Shown here: positions 27,401 to 40,011 of the stretch, piece after piece
How positions within the stretch are numbered: position 1 is the stretch's first letter
Layout: every line of letters starts with the position of its first letter
NCBI GenBank assembly: GCA_050273025.1
Contig: CP158636.1
Span: 9,238,001-9,302,000, forward strand
Origin: Cenococcum geophilum
Lineage: Eukaryota
Reading direction: 5' to 3'
Length of the DNA: 64,000 nt
Position numbers and translations under genes: made by a program
Notes under the pieces: generated by a model
The model's input: the letters and a program-made list of their open reading frames with translations, nothing else
The model's database searches: none
What the model was told of the DNA's origin: nothing

Positions 27401-28384
27401 ATAAAGTAGGGATACTTTATAATATATATAGAAGAAATATTAGCAGAAGATATCGCTAGAATCTATATTAAAGAAGTATTTATAAGACATAGAGTATTAA
27501 GTAAAATTATATTAGATAGAGATCTAAGATTTATAACAGTATTTTAGGAGGTATTTTTAGCGGAATAAGGAGTTAGAGCAGCAACTTCTACCGTATATTA
27601 TCCGTAGATAGACGGTTAAATAGAAAGATTAAACTAGATACTAGAACAATATCTAAAACACTATATTAATTACGTATAGAATAATTGGGTATTATTATTA
27701 CTAGTTATACAGTTTATATATAATATAATACCATAAAAAGGAATAGGTATATTACTATTTAAGGCAAATTATAGATATAAGCTAAGAATATCGTTGTTAC
27801 TATAGTAAGCAAAAAAAATAAGTAGCATAGCTAAAGAAAGAATAAAAACATTAATAAATCTTTATATAGACCTTATGGAATTAGTGGAAATAGTATAGTA
27901 GAGAATAAAAAGGTACTATAATATTAAGAGATCTAAGGGACAAGATCTTAAGGAGGGAGATAAAGTATAGCTACTACACAAAAATTTTAAGAGTTAATAA
28001 CTAAGCAAGAAGTTAGACTATATTAGACTAGGACCTTTTAAAATTAAATAAAGAATTTTACTAGTTACGTTTAAGTTAAACCTACTAGCTAAAATAAAGA
28101 TCTACCCTATATAGTATATTATAATACTAAAGCTAATATACGGGAATATTAAGCTACTAGTTTATAAGATAGACACGTATAAAGGACAAAAAGAGGACAA
28201 ATAGTAAGTTTTAAAAATTGTTAGCTATAAGGACATTAATAACGAAATATAGTATAAGGTAAAGTAGATAGGCTATAATAAGACTACCTAGGAACTACTA
28301 GAGAACCTAAAAAACGCTATAGGAAAGGTATAGGAGTATTAAAAAAAATTAGGCTAGGCAGTATTAATAAAAAAGGATCGCTAA

Positions 28385-28989
28385 AAAATAAGTCACCTAA
28401 GGGGGACCTAAGAAGAGCAGTTGCCGAGCTACTTAAATCTATTTCCTTCTTAGTTAGAAAAAAATCCGTTATTTTATTACTAAGTTCCTATAGACCCTAT
28501 TTTATAAGCTTCTATTCCTTAAAACGGACCTTTTTATAAACCTTTTTAAGACGGATTAATTAAGCGGATGCTATAAGATAAGACTTAAGGGCCCATTACT
28601 AAGCATTAGTAGCCTCCTATTCCGCGTTATAAGAATAGTATAACTCCGCCAGAGTAATAAACAGTTTATTATCTAGCTGTGTAGTAGTAGATTAAATATA
28701 AAACCCTAAGATAAATTAATTAGGGAACTAGACGATTATTAAGAATAATAGGTTACGTATATTTAGTATTAGAGATAAAGTAAACGTTATAGGACAAATA
28801 AATATTTGCTTTAGTACACTTTAAGCAAAAAAACGGTTATTGTAAAGATAGGTTTACTAGCGTAATATAAACTAACTCCTCTTTTAAACAGCAAGAATAT
28901 AGAGACGGTATAATCTCACTAAGAGATAATATTATAGCAATAGTGCGAGCACAACGAGCAGTTAAAGAGGAAGAAATTACTTTAAGTAT
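28385..28989 (-). pseudogene. Antisense two-exon Zn2Cys6-like/coiled-coil gene remnant in the 3' region of element B
   Basis: Colinear with 58475-59066; three Cys codons survive RIP in this copy; intron-like segment with CTAAT branch site and TAG acceptor at ~28705-28760. 3' end approximate. Confidence 0.6.
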
Positions 28990-30129
28990 AATAAGTAACG
29001 ATATTAACCAAATTAATTAGACGGATATTATACCTCTAGTAAACAACTTAGAGATATTAAGAATCTTTAAGGATAAAGATAAAGAAAAGGGAGATAGTGT
29101 TACGGACGCTTTAAGTATAATATTATAACTACTTAGAGAAAAGTTAAAAAAAGCTAGTTAGTTAATTTAAGTACGGTCTAGGATAGAACTAATAGAGCTA
29201 TATAACAAGGAATAGTAACTAAGGTTACGTAACGTAATCTATATAATCTATAATAAAGCAAATAGAGTATATGTATATTATATATAAGAAGGATTTTATA
29301 GAAGTATAGTTGTGTATTTAAGGACCCTTAGTCCCTACCTAGATAGTTCCTTCCTTGTAGCAATTCTTAGAATACAATTAAAGTTAATCTGTTAGGTAAC
29401 TACTCTACTAGTTATTATTATATTATTAACTTTAATTTGCATTACCTACACACCTAGCCTAATAACAAGCCTATCGTGGTACTCGCTATAAGGTTCCGTT
29501 ATATAAATAAGTAGCTAGTAAATAGCTACACCAAATACAATTGTTCGTGGTTGAGTAATTTGCTATATTTACCTTTAGTGGTTTAGTGGGGTGGCCTGGA
29601 GGCTTGCATAGCCTATTAGCTTGCCGACTACGTTATAGCTAAAGACTTAATAATATTCTATGCCTATTATAGGTCCTATAAATATAAAGTCTTTTTTTTT
29701 AGATAAATAAACGGGCCGATTATATACTAAAGGTATATAAATAACGTCCTTTTTAACTATCTTAATAAATTCTATACAGCCTACCTAAACAATATTCTTA
29801 TATACTTAGACAATAAATTTAAGTATTAAGTTTATATTAAAAAGGTCCTAAAGAGGTTATGGAATATAGGCTTATAAATAGATATTAAGAAATATAAATT
29901 TAGAGTAAAACGTATAAAGTATCTTAGGTTTATTGTTACTATAAAAGGATTTAAGGTTATTCCTAAGAAGGTTAAAGTAATTTATAACTAGAAACCCCCT
30001 TATACTATAAAGGGGATCTAGTTCTTCCTTAGCTTTTATAACTTCTACCGCCGGTTTATCTATAACTATAGACAGCCTTGAGGAATTTACATACGAGCGA
30101 AAGATCCTGCTTGCTCATACAGTGACATA

Positions 30130-31834
30130 TTATTCGTGACAGAGCCCAGCATAATTCCAAAATTTAACTCTGACCTTCTTCCCTGGAGTCCCTACAATCT
30201 CCGTCCTCATAAACTGTACTCTCTCGTCGTGTCCTTCACCGTCTCCTGGCCTTGCAATTTCTACTCTCTCCAACCTCTCGAATCTTTGCAAGATTCTACA
30301 GACTGTAAACCAGATCTCCCTTAAGGCAAACTGCTGCCCAACACAGATCCTTGGACCACCATTAAATGGGATATACGTCCACGGTTTTGGTGCCCAGGTT
30401 TCCCAACGCTCAGGCGAGAATTGATCAACTGGCGCGAAAGATGGGGATGGAGATGGGTAGATATCTGCACGTCGATGAAGCACGAGAGTTGAGAAAACAA
30501 CAGAGTCTCCTTTCTGAATATAGAGTGGTTGAGGAGAGGTAGATGTGGCGATGGTGGTGTCAGATAGGGCGGAGCGGATATTGAAAGGAACTGGCGGGTA
30601 CATACGAAGGATCTCATTGACAGTATGATGGAGATAAATCATCTTTTTGAGGTCTTCTAATCTCGGGGGTTTGTTACAGTCATCTCCAAGTACAGACATG
30701 ATCTCAGAGCGCAGTTTTCGGACGACCGAGGAGTGGCCAGCTAGTTCGTAGAAAAGCCAGGAGAGTGTAGCAGCAGTCGTGTCCCGTCCTGCAAAAAGAA
30801 GATTGACCAGCTCATCGCGGATCTTCTTGGGGCTGCGTGTTGAGCGAGCCAATGCATGGAGAAAGGTATATTCTTTCGAGGACGTGCTGGAGACCTTTTC
30901 AAGCTCTTCTGGACTGAGGTTGAGCGTACGGGAGACAAATGGTTTTATGAGAGAATTGATGACAATAAGACCTTTTAAATAGGTCCCGCGAGGGATAACT
31001 CGATGCAGAGGACTATACAGCAGGATACGTTAAATCGGAGTCAAATGGAAGGTCGGTAATAGGGTTGTACATACCCTAATCTTGCAATCACGGCTTGTAC
31101 TCCCTGCACCTCACTAATTGCATTGGCAAACTCGACTTGAGGGTTTTCCAAACTGCCAACGGTCTTGCCAAACATAAAATCTGTTGACACATCCAGCGTA
31201 TATTGGAATAACAGTTGTTGAAGCTCAGTTGTTTCTCCCTTTCCGTTTATTAGACTCAGAAGTCTCTGAGTATGTCTCTCAAACACTTCCAAATCTCCGA
31301 TCCGTTGGTTCACAAACAGTGGACGGATCAGCTGACGGCTGTCATGCCACTCCTTCCCATCAGTAGTAAAAACGCTGTCCCCGAGGAAGTCATGAAATTG
31401 CCTATTAAAAGTTTCCCCTTTGCCAAAGTCATTGAACTGGGTGGCAAGCACAGCTTTTATGATTTCATGGTCGGCTGTAAGGATATACCGTCTAGAGCCA
31501 ATCTTAGTCTCAACAGTGTAGGGTGAATCCACTGTTCCATAGGCGGCGAACAGCGAGCGCCAGAGGTCAAAAGATCGCTGCTTTCTAGCCGCCGTGATAG
31601 ACTTATAAATAAACGCAAGGCCTGCTCTACTGGTTAGCCTTGAAGACTGTTAAGATATTAATGGGATCTACCGAAGGGCAGGTATGTTTGTATCCTCGGA
31701 GCGTAACGACTTCCTAGTGCCTTCACGCGAAACCTGACCCGCACAGTTCTAAACCATGAGAATAGAATGAACCAAATAAGAGCAAAGGCCAGCCATATGG
31801 GTTGAAATGAGACCCTAAGGATTATATCCAGCAT
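30130..31834 (-). CDS. Cytochrome P450 monooxygenase, CYP52 clan (alkane/fatty-acyl hydroxylase-like), 3 exons, 530 aa
   Basis: Exons 31834-31672, 31621-31075, 31012-30130 total 1593 nt in one open frame with GT-AG introns; N-terminal hydrophobic anchor; AGRDTTA I-helix, EILR, PERW, heme motif FNGGPRICVG. Confidence 0.95.
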
Positions 31835-32473
31835 ATTTATATCTGACTACAGGGATGAATGGGTGAAAAGCGCAAAATAAATAGAGAACAAAGGAGGATT
31901 TGCGCAGATGCGGGTACTGTTAATTAAGCAATCTGTCGACCTATGGAACCCTAGAAGCCGCACCAGTCCTTGGTCAAACGACTGATGTTTGAAACTCTAG
32001 CTGATGAACCAAATAAGTCGTAGGTCAGACGAAGCTGACGACGACTTTTTGATGTATATATAGTCTCATTTTCTTTATAGATCAATCGACACACGACTTC
32101 GTCCGACACAGCCCCAGAAGTGAAAGTTGAGAGTGACTGCCAGTGTGACCAACAGGCAGCATCGCAGGCAGCAAGCTGCTGATGCAAGCAGTCAGTCAGC
32201 GTATATTTATGCAGCGTGCTGACGGCTCGCTGCATAGGCGATAAGGAAAGATCAATTTGGTGGTGTCTTAAAGCCATTAGAAATAAGCATGCACGCCGCA
32301 AAAGGACAGAAATAAACCACAAATAGGACAGGGATATGCGTTAGGATTACTTATGATTTTCTTTCGATTTTTTGTAGCGTTTTTCTACCATTTTCTCACT
32401 ACCTAATAGTTGTTACTAACTTAGTATTTTACTTGTAAACCCCCAGTATAGTGATTTATCAATTACTACGATA

Positions 32474-32592
32474 TAGCTACTAACACAGATTAAGCTGCCT
32501 AGAAACGATTATATATATAGAATTATAGCACCATGGCCTAGAGGCTGCATGCGCAGCATTGTACGTAGTATAATACAATGGAAATAAAAAAA
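32474..32592 (+). mobile_element. Second copy of the ~120-bp 3' tail of the retroposon at 2810-4382
   Basis: Aligns to 4253-4375 (TAAGCTGCCTAGAAA...CCTAGAGGCTGCATGCGCAG.ATTGTACGTAGTATAATACAAT) and ends in an A-run. Confidence 0.85.
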
Positions 32593-32979
32593 TTAAATGG
32601 AAAAAGGAAAAAAGCCGATGGCTCGTGCACGGTTTCCTACCCTAAAATATAATGTGGGACCCGAGACATTATGCCGGCATACGGCTCGTTCCGGATTATT
32701 TCTGCTTTATACCAGAATAGATCGTCTTTAAAGAGAAACAAGTTATATATTGGTTTTATCGTCTTTATTCCGGACTAATTACGTTATTTTAGAAAAGATT
32801 TAATATTATATTAAATCTTAAAGCTATATAAAGTAGAGCTTTTTAGTAGATTTTAGCTATTTCTATAAGCAGATTTAGAAAATATAGCGTAGTAGATAGT
32901 TATAAATAATAGTTAATATATAATTTAGTTAATTTTAGGCGTAAAATAAATAGTAATATATTCTATATATTATAATTAA

Positions 32980-34985
32980 ATATCTAGTAGAGTATAATCG
33001 CGATATTTAGTATAAAAATATAAGATATTATAAGGCCTTATAAATTAAATTTTACTACCCCCTCTAACTACTATAACACCATTAAAATCTATCTAAACTA
33101 GATTATACTACGATTAGTAAGTATATTTAAAAGCTTTTCTACGTTATAGATATAGCTTATAAGTAGTAGAAGCTAATTAAATTAGGGGTAATTAATTACG
33201 TGCCTTAATACTAAAAATTAAAAATCTTATAAAGCTTTAGTCTTACTAGGATCTCTTAAAAACCGGGCCTTTTAAGGGTTTACTTATAGACTAATTACTT
33301 AGTTAGGTTTGGCGTAATCGCGATTTACACTTCTCTTAACTACGCTAACCTTACTCGCTCTATAGTCTTCCTTATCTTAGTCTTACGTAGCCTTTATAGT
33401 AGACTTAATAATTATTATTGACTCTATTTATTGCCTAATTCGGCCCCCCTTTTAGGTCTATATAGGCTTCTACGTTCTATATATAGAAAAAACCCCTAAT
33501 AGAGGAAAAACCTAAGTATATCCTTTTAGCTAATCTTATACACTCTGCCTTCGCCTAGCCTATATATCTTTATAATAAGTCTACCTTATATACTATGCTT
33601 TTAAAGCACTCTAAAAGATAAAGGAGGAGGTAGTAAAAGGGTTTAGTAATTTACCTACATACTGCCTTTAACTAGATATGGGTATTTAGTCACTAAGGGG
33701 CTGGTAAGGGGTATCTATAGGTATCCTCCTATTAGATCTTACTTGCTATTTAGAACTGCTAAAGGACTCCTTAATCTATAGGCTATTATACTACTATATA
33801 TAGACCTTTACTTATAAAAAGTATTTAGGTAATATTATTTTTACCTACCCTAGCAAATAGCTAGTCTTTTACCGTGTAGTAGTTATAAAAGAGTGGTATA
33901 TAGCGCATTAACTATATAGGCTAACCGCACTTATAATATAGTATAGTATTTAGAATATAGATACTTATTAGCTATACGTTTAGTCCTAAAATCTCTATCT
34001 ATAGTAGAAAGGTAAGGATAGATTCTACCTTTATCTATCCTTTATATAGGGAGAGTTAGTGTTATCTATAGGGTATTCTATATAACCGCTCTCTATACTT
34101 TTACCGCCTTCTTCTAGTATCGCTTTTACTCGCTATCTATCTATCTTGCAATTTATATAATAGGTCTCTATTTATACTAATAGCCTTATAGCCTTTATTA
34201 TTATAGTAGTTTTTTTTATTTTCTATTATCTTTCTACCGCTTATATACTTAAACACGTTACCCCTTTATTAGGCCTTTACTCCTTATATATATATTAATA
34301 TTTAGCGTATATCTTTCCCTACTAGGTAGTCTTATATCATAACTGCTCTCTATATAGCAATTATATCTATATATATGTCTAATAGTAGTAATACTACTTC
34401 TTGGTTTAGTGCGGTATATAGTATTCTCTTATAGGCCCCTATAATCCTATATAGGTATTAGTTTTATAGCTTAGCTAGTAGCGTTAGGGAGCTTTTTACT
34501 AGTAGCTTACTATTTAGACTTAGACCCTAGATCTAGGCGCCGTATAATACTATTAGCCTTACTATTACTATATATTCGTATATGTCTAAATAAAGGCCCC
34601 TAGGTTAAGACTGCGATTTATAATGCAATTACAAATACTATAACTCCCTAGTAAGTCGCCTATATAATATATACGTTCTAGTTTAATTTAGCGTCTACCT
34701 AAACCCCTAGAACCTTAAAGGTGGCTTCTAGTTTTGCTTCGCGGCCCTAGATACCTTCTGTTAGTACTAAGTCGTTATTTACCATTCTTTTCTTTATAAA
34801 GTAGATAACCTAGTATTTATCTAGTACAAATTTAGCGCTATATTATTTTGCCTATATAATACACCTATTATACGCCTAGTTTAGCCTAGTATAGTTTTTT
34901 GTTACTATATTTCCCTATATAATTAGGTTTATATTACTTATAAATCCTAAAACTACTATTTCTTAGTTGCTTTTAAATATACTAA
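32980..34985 (-). mobile_element. 5'-truncated, heavily RIPped Tad1-like LINE fragment (late RT and C-terminal region)
   Basis: Reverse complement of 34810-34940 matches the LINE RT region at 60830-60970. Boundaries approximate. Confidence 0.7.
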
Positions 34986-35249
34986 ATAGTCACGTAATGC
35001 GTTAATAAGCAGGAAAAGGGAGGCTAACTACCCTAAAAGGGTATAAGACACCCACTGTATAGGCTAAATAGGGCTCTCCCCATACAAAATCTTATCTGGT
35101 TACAACGATTTTAGTAAAGCTACCTTAACGATATTGTCAAAAGTCAGATTATCGTAATATTACACCAAAAAGGCTTGATTAAGGGGTATAAATCGTAATG
35201 TAGAGGATATCGTTATATACCCCATATCGTATTAAGGGGGTTTAACTAT

Positions 35250-36776
35250 ACTAGAATTAGTAAAGATAATATGAAACTATTAGTATATAAAAGGGATATA
35301 TATAGAGGTTAAGAGGAAAATAAATAAGAAGTTTAGAAAGTTATAAATTATAAGAGTATAGATAATAAAGCGTAGTATAAATTTAAATAAAAGGACTATA
35401 AAGAGACTTATAGAAACCTATAGAAAATCTTAAGAATACTACGGAAAAAGTATAGAAGTACTATTAAAAAAGAAGGATTACTAAAAATAAACTACTTAAG
35501 GGGGATATAGAAGGAGTGTCTACTAAGCTATAAGGAGCTGTTTCCTTTTCTAGTTTAGTAAAACCTATTCTTCTATCTCTAGACTTAGCTAAACCCTATT
35601 AAACTAGCTTATAATCTTTTAAACAACCTTTTTTATAGACTTTTTTTAAGATAATAAAGTGTAGTATAAGCGGCTATCTTTATATTAAGGATTTAAGCCT
35701 ATCCTTAAGCTTCTTAGTCTTAGATTAAATATAAGACCCTATAATAAATTAACTAAGGGACTAAAAGACTATAAAGGATAATATAACGCATATATTTAGT
35801 ATTAAAGATAAAGTAAACGTTATAGGATAAAATATATTCGCCTTTATATATTTAAAATAAAGAGAAAGTGTCACAGCGACTCAGTCAATCGAGGCACGAG
35901 CGCCGTAAAGAACGTATGCAAGCCTGTACAATTGGAATGTCTATGGACCCGGATATCACGATGAGGAGCAGAAGGTGGAAAAGGACACGTCTATATACAT
36001 ATGCCAAGGCTCAAGCGAGCCCCCTGACTAGATCCGTTACGGAGCCGTAACAGAAAGTTAGTAATTAAAGGGAGGTATAATTATAATATAAACTAACCCT
36101 TTCTCTATATAATAAGAATAAGGACTTGTAATTTTACTAAGTAAGAGAATAACAGTAACTAAATAAGTATAGCGTTATAAATATAATTATAAAGGTTATT
36201 TAGATATTATAAGTTATAAAGGTTACTAAATTAAAATGTAATATACTATACTTCTAATTAAGGACTTAGAGATTAGAGGAGGGGGATAGCATTATAGACC
36301 TTATAACAGTAGTAGTATAACTACTTAGAGGAGACTTAGATAAGTTAGCTATTACAATACTAGATGCCTTAAAGCTAGTAAAACTATCCCTTAAGACAAT
36401 AGGGTCCTTTGCTAAGGTCACTTATATCTATAACTAGATTTAATTAAATATTTATATTTAACCTAGCTTTTCTAATTAGTTAATTCTTATCGATAACCTA
36501 AGGACTAAAATTGCCGTGTTAAGGGATAAGACGAAAGCTAGACGAGTTATATAGTTAGCAGATAGTTAATATATTAACGTACTAAATATACTAAGGTACT
36601 AAAGGGATTTCTTAGGAGTATAGTTATATGTTTAATAATCCACGTTCCCTATTATAGATAGTTTTCTCTTAATAGTAAATCTTAGAATTAATTAAAGTTC
36701 ATCATGTTATTTGTTTATCTATATACCTAGCTTATTAACAAGTCCATCGTGGTGTTTCCTACAAGGCTTCGTTATA
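35250..36776 (+). mobile_element. 3' fragment of a diverged B/F-family Ty3 element (chromodomain, antisense gene region, PPT, 3' LTR ~36290-36776)
   Basis: Colinear with 58250-59100; PPT GAGGAGGGGGATAG; LTR ends CCTACAAGGCTTCGTTATA, like the B/F LTRs. Confidence 0.75.
35869..36052 (-). mobile_element. Solo LTR, 184 bp, little RIP damage
   Basis: TGTCAC...GTAACA termini; perfect TSD GAAAG; reverse complement resembles the first half of the solo LTR at 43722. Confidence 0.88.
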
Positions 36777-37319
36777 CTTATAAATATCTACCTACTCCTC
36801 TTACTAATAGGTTAATTAAGGTGGATCTATAACTAGGTAATATTAATATTAATATATATACATCAGGAGAGGTGTGTGGCCTCCTGTTAGTCTTCTCCGA
36901 AACATGGCGGGGACCCGACAGCACTGACCGTCCGATCGGGATTCTAACAGGCCCTCAGGAACTGGAGTGTGAGGATGACACCTGATGACGTCTCCATATT
37001 AGCGGATACTTAATAAAGGGCATTGGCGCAGATAGTGATCCTTTGTCTGACCGATATGCATGCAAAACGATTACTGAGCAGTGTAGAATTGACCAAATCT
37101 CTTGACCTAGTAAATCTTACCGGCTTACCGCCTTTAGGATAAATTGATGCCTTTACGCAAAGCTTAGAGATTGGCTTGGGATAAAAAATTTCTTCAGATT
37201 TTGCAGCTCATATCCGCCAGTGTGCAAGCAACCCAACAATCACCGAATAGCGGAGTCGCTCCCCGAAATTGAATTCTTCGGCTTGGTTCCTTGCACGCCA
37301 ATTCCATTTTGAAGCCGCT

Positions 37320-39054
37320 ATGGGGAATTCTTCGGCTTCGAAAGGATTAGGCACACATCCCAAACTTGAAACGATTATACCAGTGAAAGATTGGAGTGGG
37401 CCATATGACAAAGAAAACCCTTACAACTGGACAAATGCAAGAAAGATATACCACACGGCTGTTCCTTCAGCTTTTGCATTCGTAGTGTTAGATATTTCCA
37501 CTATTGAAGATTGAGCTTTCCGTAGCTTATACTCTTCTATAGAACCATCGCTTCTTCCATATACATACCAGGCATAGAGCTGATCAGGCAGCAATTTCAT
37601 GTCTCTATGACAATTGCTCTTCTTCCCTACTCTTTCTATGTTTTCGGCCAAGCTTGGGGTCCAGTCCTTGCGGCGCCGCTGAGCGAGACATTCGGGCGTC
37701 GCGGAACTTATGCCCCATATCTTTTCCTCTTTGCCCTATTTACCCTAGGTGCAGGCCTGTCCCAGAGTATAGCAGCAATAACGATTTGCAGATTTCTTGC
37801 TGGGGTTTTTGGAAGTCCTGTCCTGAGTGTCTCTGCAGGCACAATCGCAGATATCTGGGTGCCACAAGATCGAGCTATTCCAATGGCCTTTCTCGTACTA
37901 ATTCCATTCCTTGGTCCCTCCTTTGGGTGAGTGGAGCAACTACAAACAAATTTCATAAGGAGAGCCAACCTCTGATTTACGCAATTCTAGACCTCTTATC
38001 AGTGGCTTCACAGTTCCGGCAAAAGGCTGGCGCTGGACGCAATGGATACTTCTCTTTATTGCTATTGCCGCCAGTCTCTTCGCAATTGGCATGAGAGAAA
38101 CTTACAAAAAGGTGTTACTAAACCGCCGAGCAAAAAAACTCGGGGTTCCTGGACCAGACGGCTTTCAGCTCTCGCTATCTCGGAGGATGAATCTTTTGCT
38201 GACGTCGACTCTATTCCGGCCCTGGAATATGTTCTTCACAGAAATCATTGTAGGAACGTTTGCTTTTTATATCGGTTTCAACTTCGCCATTTATTATTCA
38301 CTCTTCGCTGCCCTGCCTTATATTTTCATTAAAACTTACGATTTTGATCTTGGATCCCAAGGCCTCGTATTCCTCGGTCTTGCCGTCGGTAATGTGGTCG
38401 CGTTCATGCTCGTAGTAGTCTTCAGCCGGATTTCTTATAGAAATACGGTCCAAGCTATTAACGCTGGCAAGGCAATCAACCCTCCTCCAGAAAAGCGCTT
38501 GTTACTAGCTCTGATCGGAAGTATCTTTGTCCCGGTTGGGCTTTTCTGGTGCGGTTGGTCCGCGCGACCAAGTGTGCACTGGATTGTATCTATAGTTGGC
38601 TCCGCTATTTTTGCGTTTGGAAATTTTCTCGTATTCGTAAGTTATCTTGCCCAATTTTCGCTGGTCTCCCATGTCCTGGCGAATGCCGGCAGTGAACATC
38701 TCGTTCAATAAATTGATGTATAAGCTTATCATAGATGTCGTATGCCATTTACGTTATTGATGTTTATGGGGCAAGCGTGGGCGCCTCCGCAACAGCAACT
38801 GTGGCTATGGTTCGCAGCCTTCTTGGAGCCGCATTTCCATTATTTACGATCCAAAGTAGGTCTCCTCTCTCCTTTTTCTCTTTTGTCTGTCTATTATTTT
38901 GGAAAGTTTCTGAGTTGTGCTAGTGTACGAGTGTCTGGGAATTGCTTGGGCGACAAGCTTACTTGCATTTATTGTCCTCGCACTCACCCCCGTTCCGTGG
39001 ATTCTTTATCGATTTGGCCCAGTAATTAGGTCTAAAAGTCAATATATCTCGTGA
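37320..39054 (+). CDS. MFS transporter, DHA1 (drug:H+ antiporter-1, TPO/FLU1-like) family, 5 exons, 482 aa
   Basis: Exons 37320-37486, 37543-37926, 37991-38636, 38735-38855, 38924-39054 total 1449 nt in one open frame with GT-AG introns; DW.GP.D.ENPYNW, APLSETFGRR, GWRW, ETY and PPEKRL motifs; multiple hydrophobic segments. Confidence 0.95.
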
Positions 39055-39750
39055 TGGGGTCAGAGAGTATAGATTGTATTTTCTTATCCTAGCCTAGAGT
39101 CAATGTTAGGAGAAGTATGGGAAGCAGATACTGCGTTGGATGTGGGATCTCCGTCTGCATGTTGAGTCAACAGAATGTCCCTGCAGACAATACGGCGGTG
39201 AGGCAGGGTTACAAGAACCTCGGATTAATTGAAGCATTCAACGAAATAATTCACCGATAACCCGCAATCTCCCACATCTCGACTACAGCTGCATGAGACA
39301 CCTTCTTGTATTAGTCTCAAGCCTCCGGGCGTACCGGGCCCTAGCACAGTTACTGTGTTTTCGGAGGTGTCGGAGACTCGCGTAGAGCTTACTGTTGGTT
39401 GCAAAATATCGGGAACTCGCTACGACGCGCGCATCCACCCCACCATTAAAACAATATACCCCCTATAACCCTACCAATCTAACTCTAATATATAAATAAG
39501 GTCTTATTTTATAGCTCTATTTTAAGGCCATAAAATAAAGTTTTATTTATATAATTTGAAGCCAAATTGGTGGAGCTATAGGAGGTGCTCGTTTTTGGAG
39601 GAAGACAGGCTAGATTAGTCAGCGCTTTACATTTTATTATAATAACGTATACTAAATATATAAGGACGCTAAGTATGGCGTAAGCTATTAGCTATAAGAG
39701 CCTAAGCTAAGAGAACTCTAGGATATATAGAAATAGGATAATAAGTAAAA

Positions 39751-40011
39751 TATTACGGCGCTGGTGGAAACTGGTGAAAACTGGTGGATTGTGGCTGATG
39801 GATATCGGTGGATTATGGCGGGGCAGTTTCACACAGTTTTAGACAATCACCGTCACGTGACCAGAGGATTGTATATAACGTCGAGCGGCGCCGCCTTCCG
39901 TCTCCTTTCCTTTCTCTAGCTTTAGATCCTCGTTTATAGACAATCCAATTATATAGGCTTATATGCGTCCATCTTACCGTGCTCGTGCCTTGATTGACTA
40001 AGTCGCTAACA
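39751..40011 (+). mobile_element. Solo LTR of family G, 261 bp
   Basis: TATTAC(TGTTAC)...CTAACA termini; perfect TSD TAAAA; homologous to 2502-2758. Confidence 0.9.

Larger units (their letters stand above)
9872..29503 (+). mobile_element. Ty3/gypsy chromovirus element B (own sequence 9872-12628 plus 24422-29503), same family as element F
   Basis: LTRs 9872-10295 and 29098-29503; TSD CAAAT/TAAAT (RIP-type change); purine tract before the 3' LTR; PR, RT, RNase H, integrase and chromodomain remnants colinear with 51565-59601. Confidence 0.93.
8142..29633 (+). mobile_element. pogo/Fot1-type Tc1-mariner DNA transposon (own sequence 8142-9871 plus 29509-29633, about 1.86 kb), transposase inactivated by RIP
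   Basis: About 46-bp TIRs (ACGTAGTTGGCAAGCTAATAGGC...GGCCACCCC at 8142; reverse complement ending 29633); TA TSD both sides; DDE motif remnants NFDETG (~8735), LVLDGH (~9075), LQPLD (~9180); C-terminal CCHC (~9815-9860). Confidence 0.93.
4705..30071 (+). mobile_element. Ty3/gypsy element A, outermost host of the nest. Own sequence 4705-8141 and 29634-30071; 3'-truncated after the RT core
   Basis: 5' LTR 4705-4975 (TGTGAC...GTTATA). Gag/PR/RT are colinear with element C. RT reads continuously across the pogo insertion site when compared with 21200-21300. Homology to C stops at about 30071. Confidence 0.85.

Noticed and set aside
31951..32322. 123-aa ORF upstream of the P450
   Set aside because: Non-ATG start, no recognisable domain, and it lies in the expected promoter/5' region.
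35868..36050. 60-aa ORF
   Set aside because: Coincides with a TSD-flanked solo LTR.
39390..39605. Possible DNA-transposon end (TA-CTGTTGGTTGCAAAATATCGGG...CCACCCCACC)
   Set aside because: No partner TIR or convincing transposase remnant found in the window, so it cannot be supported.
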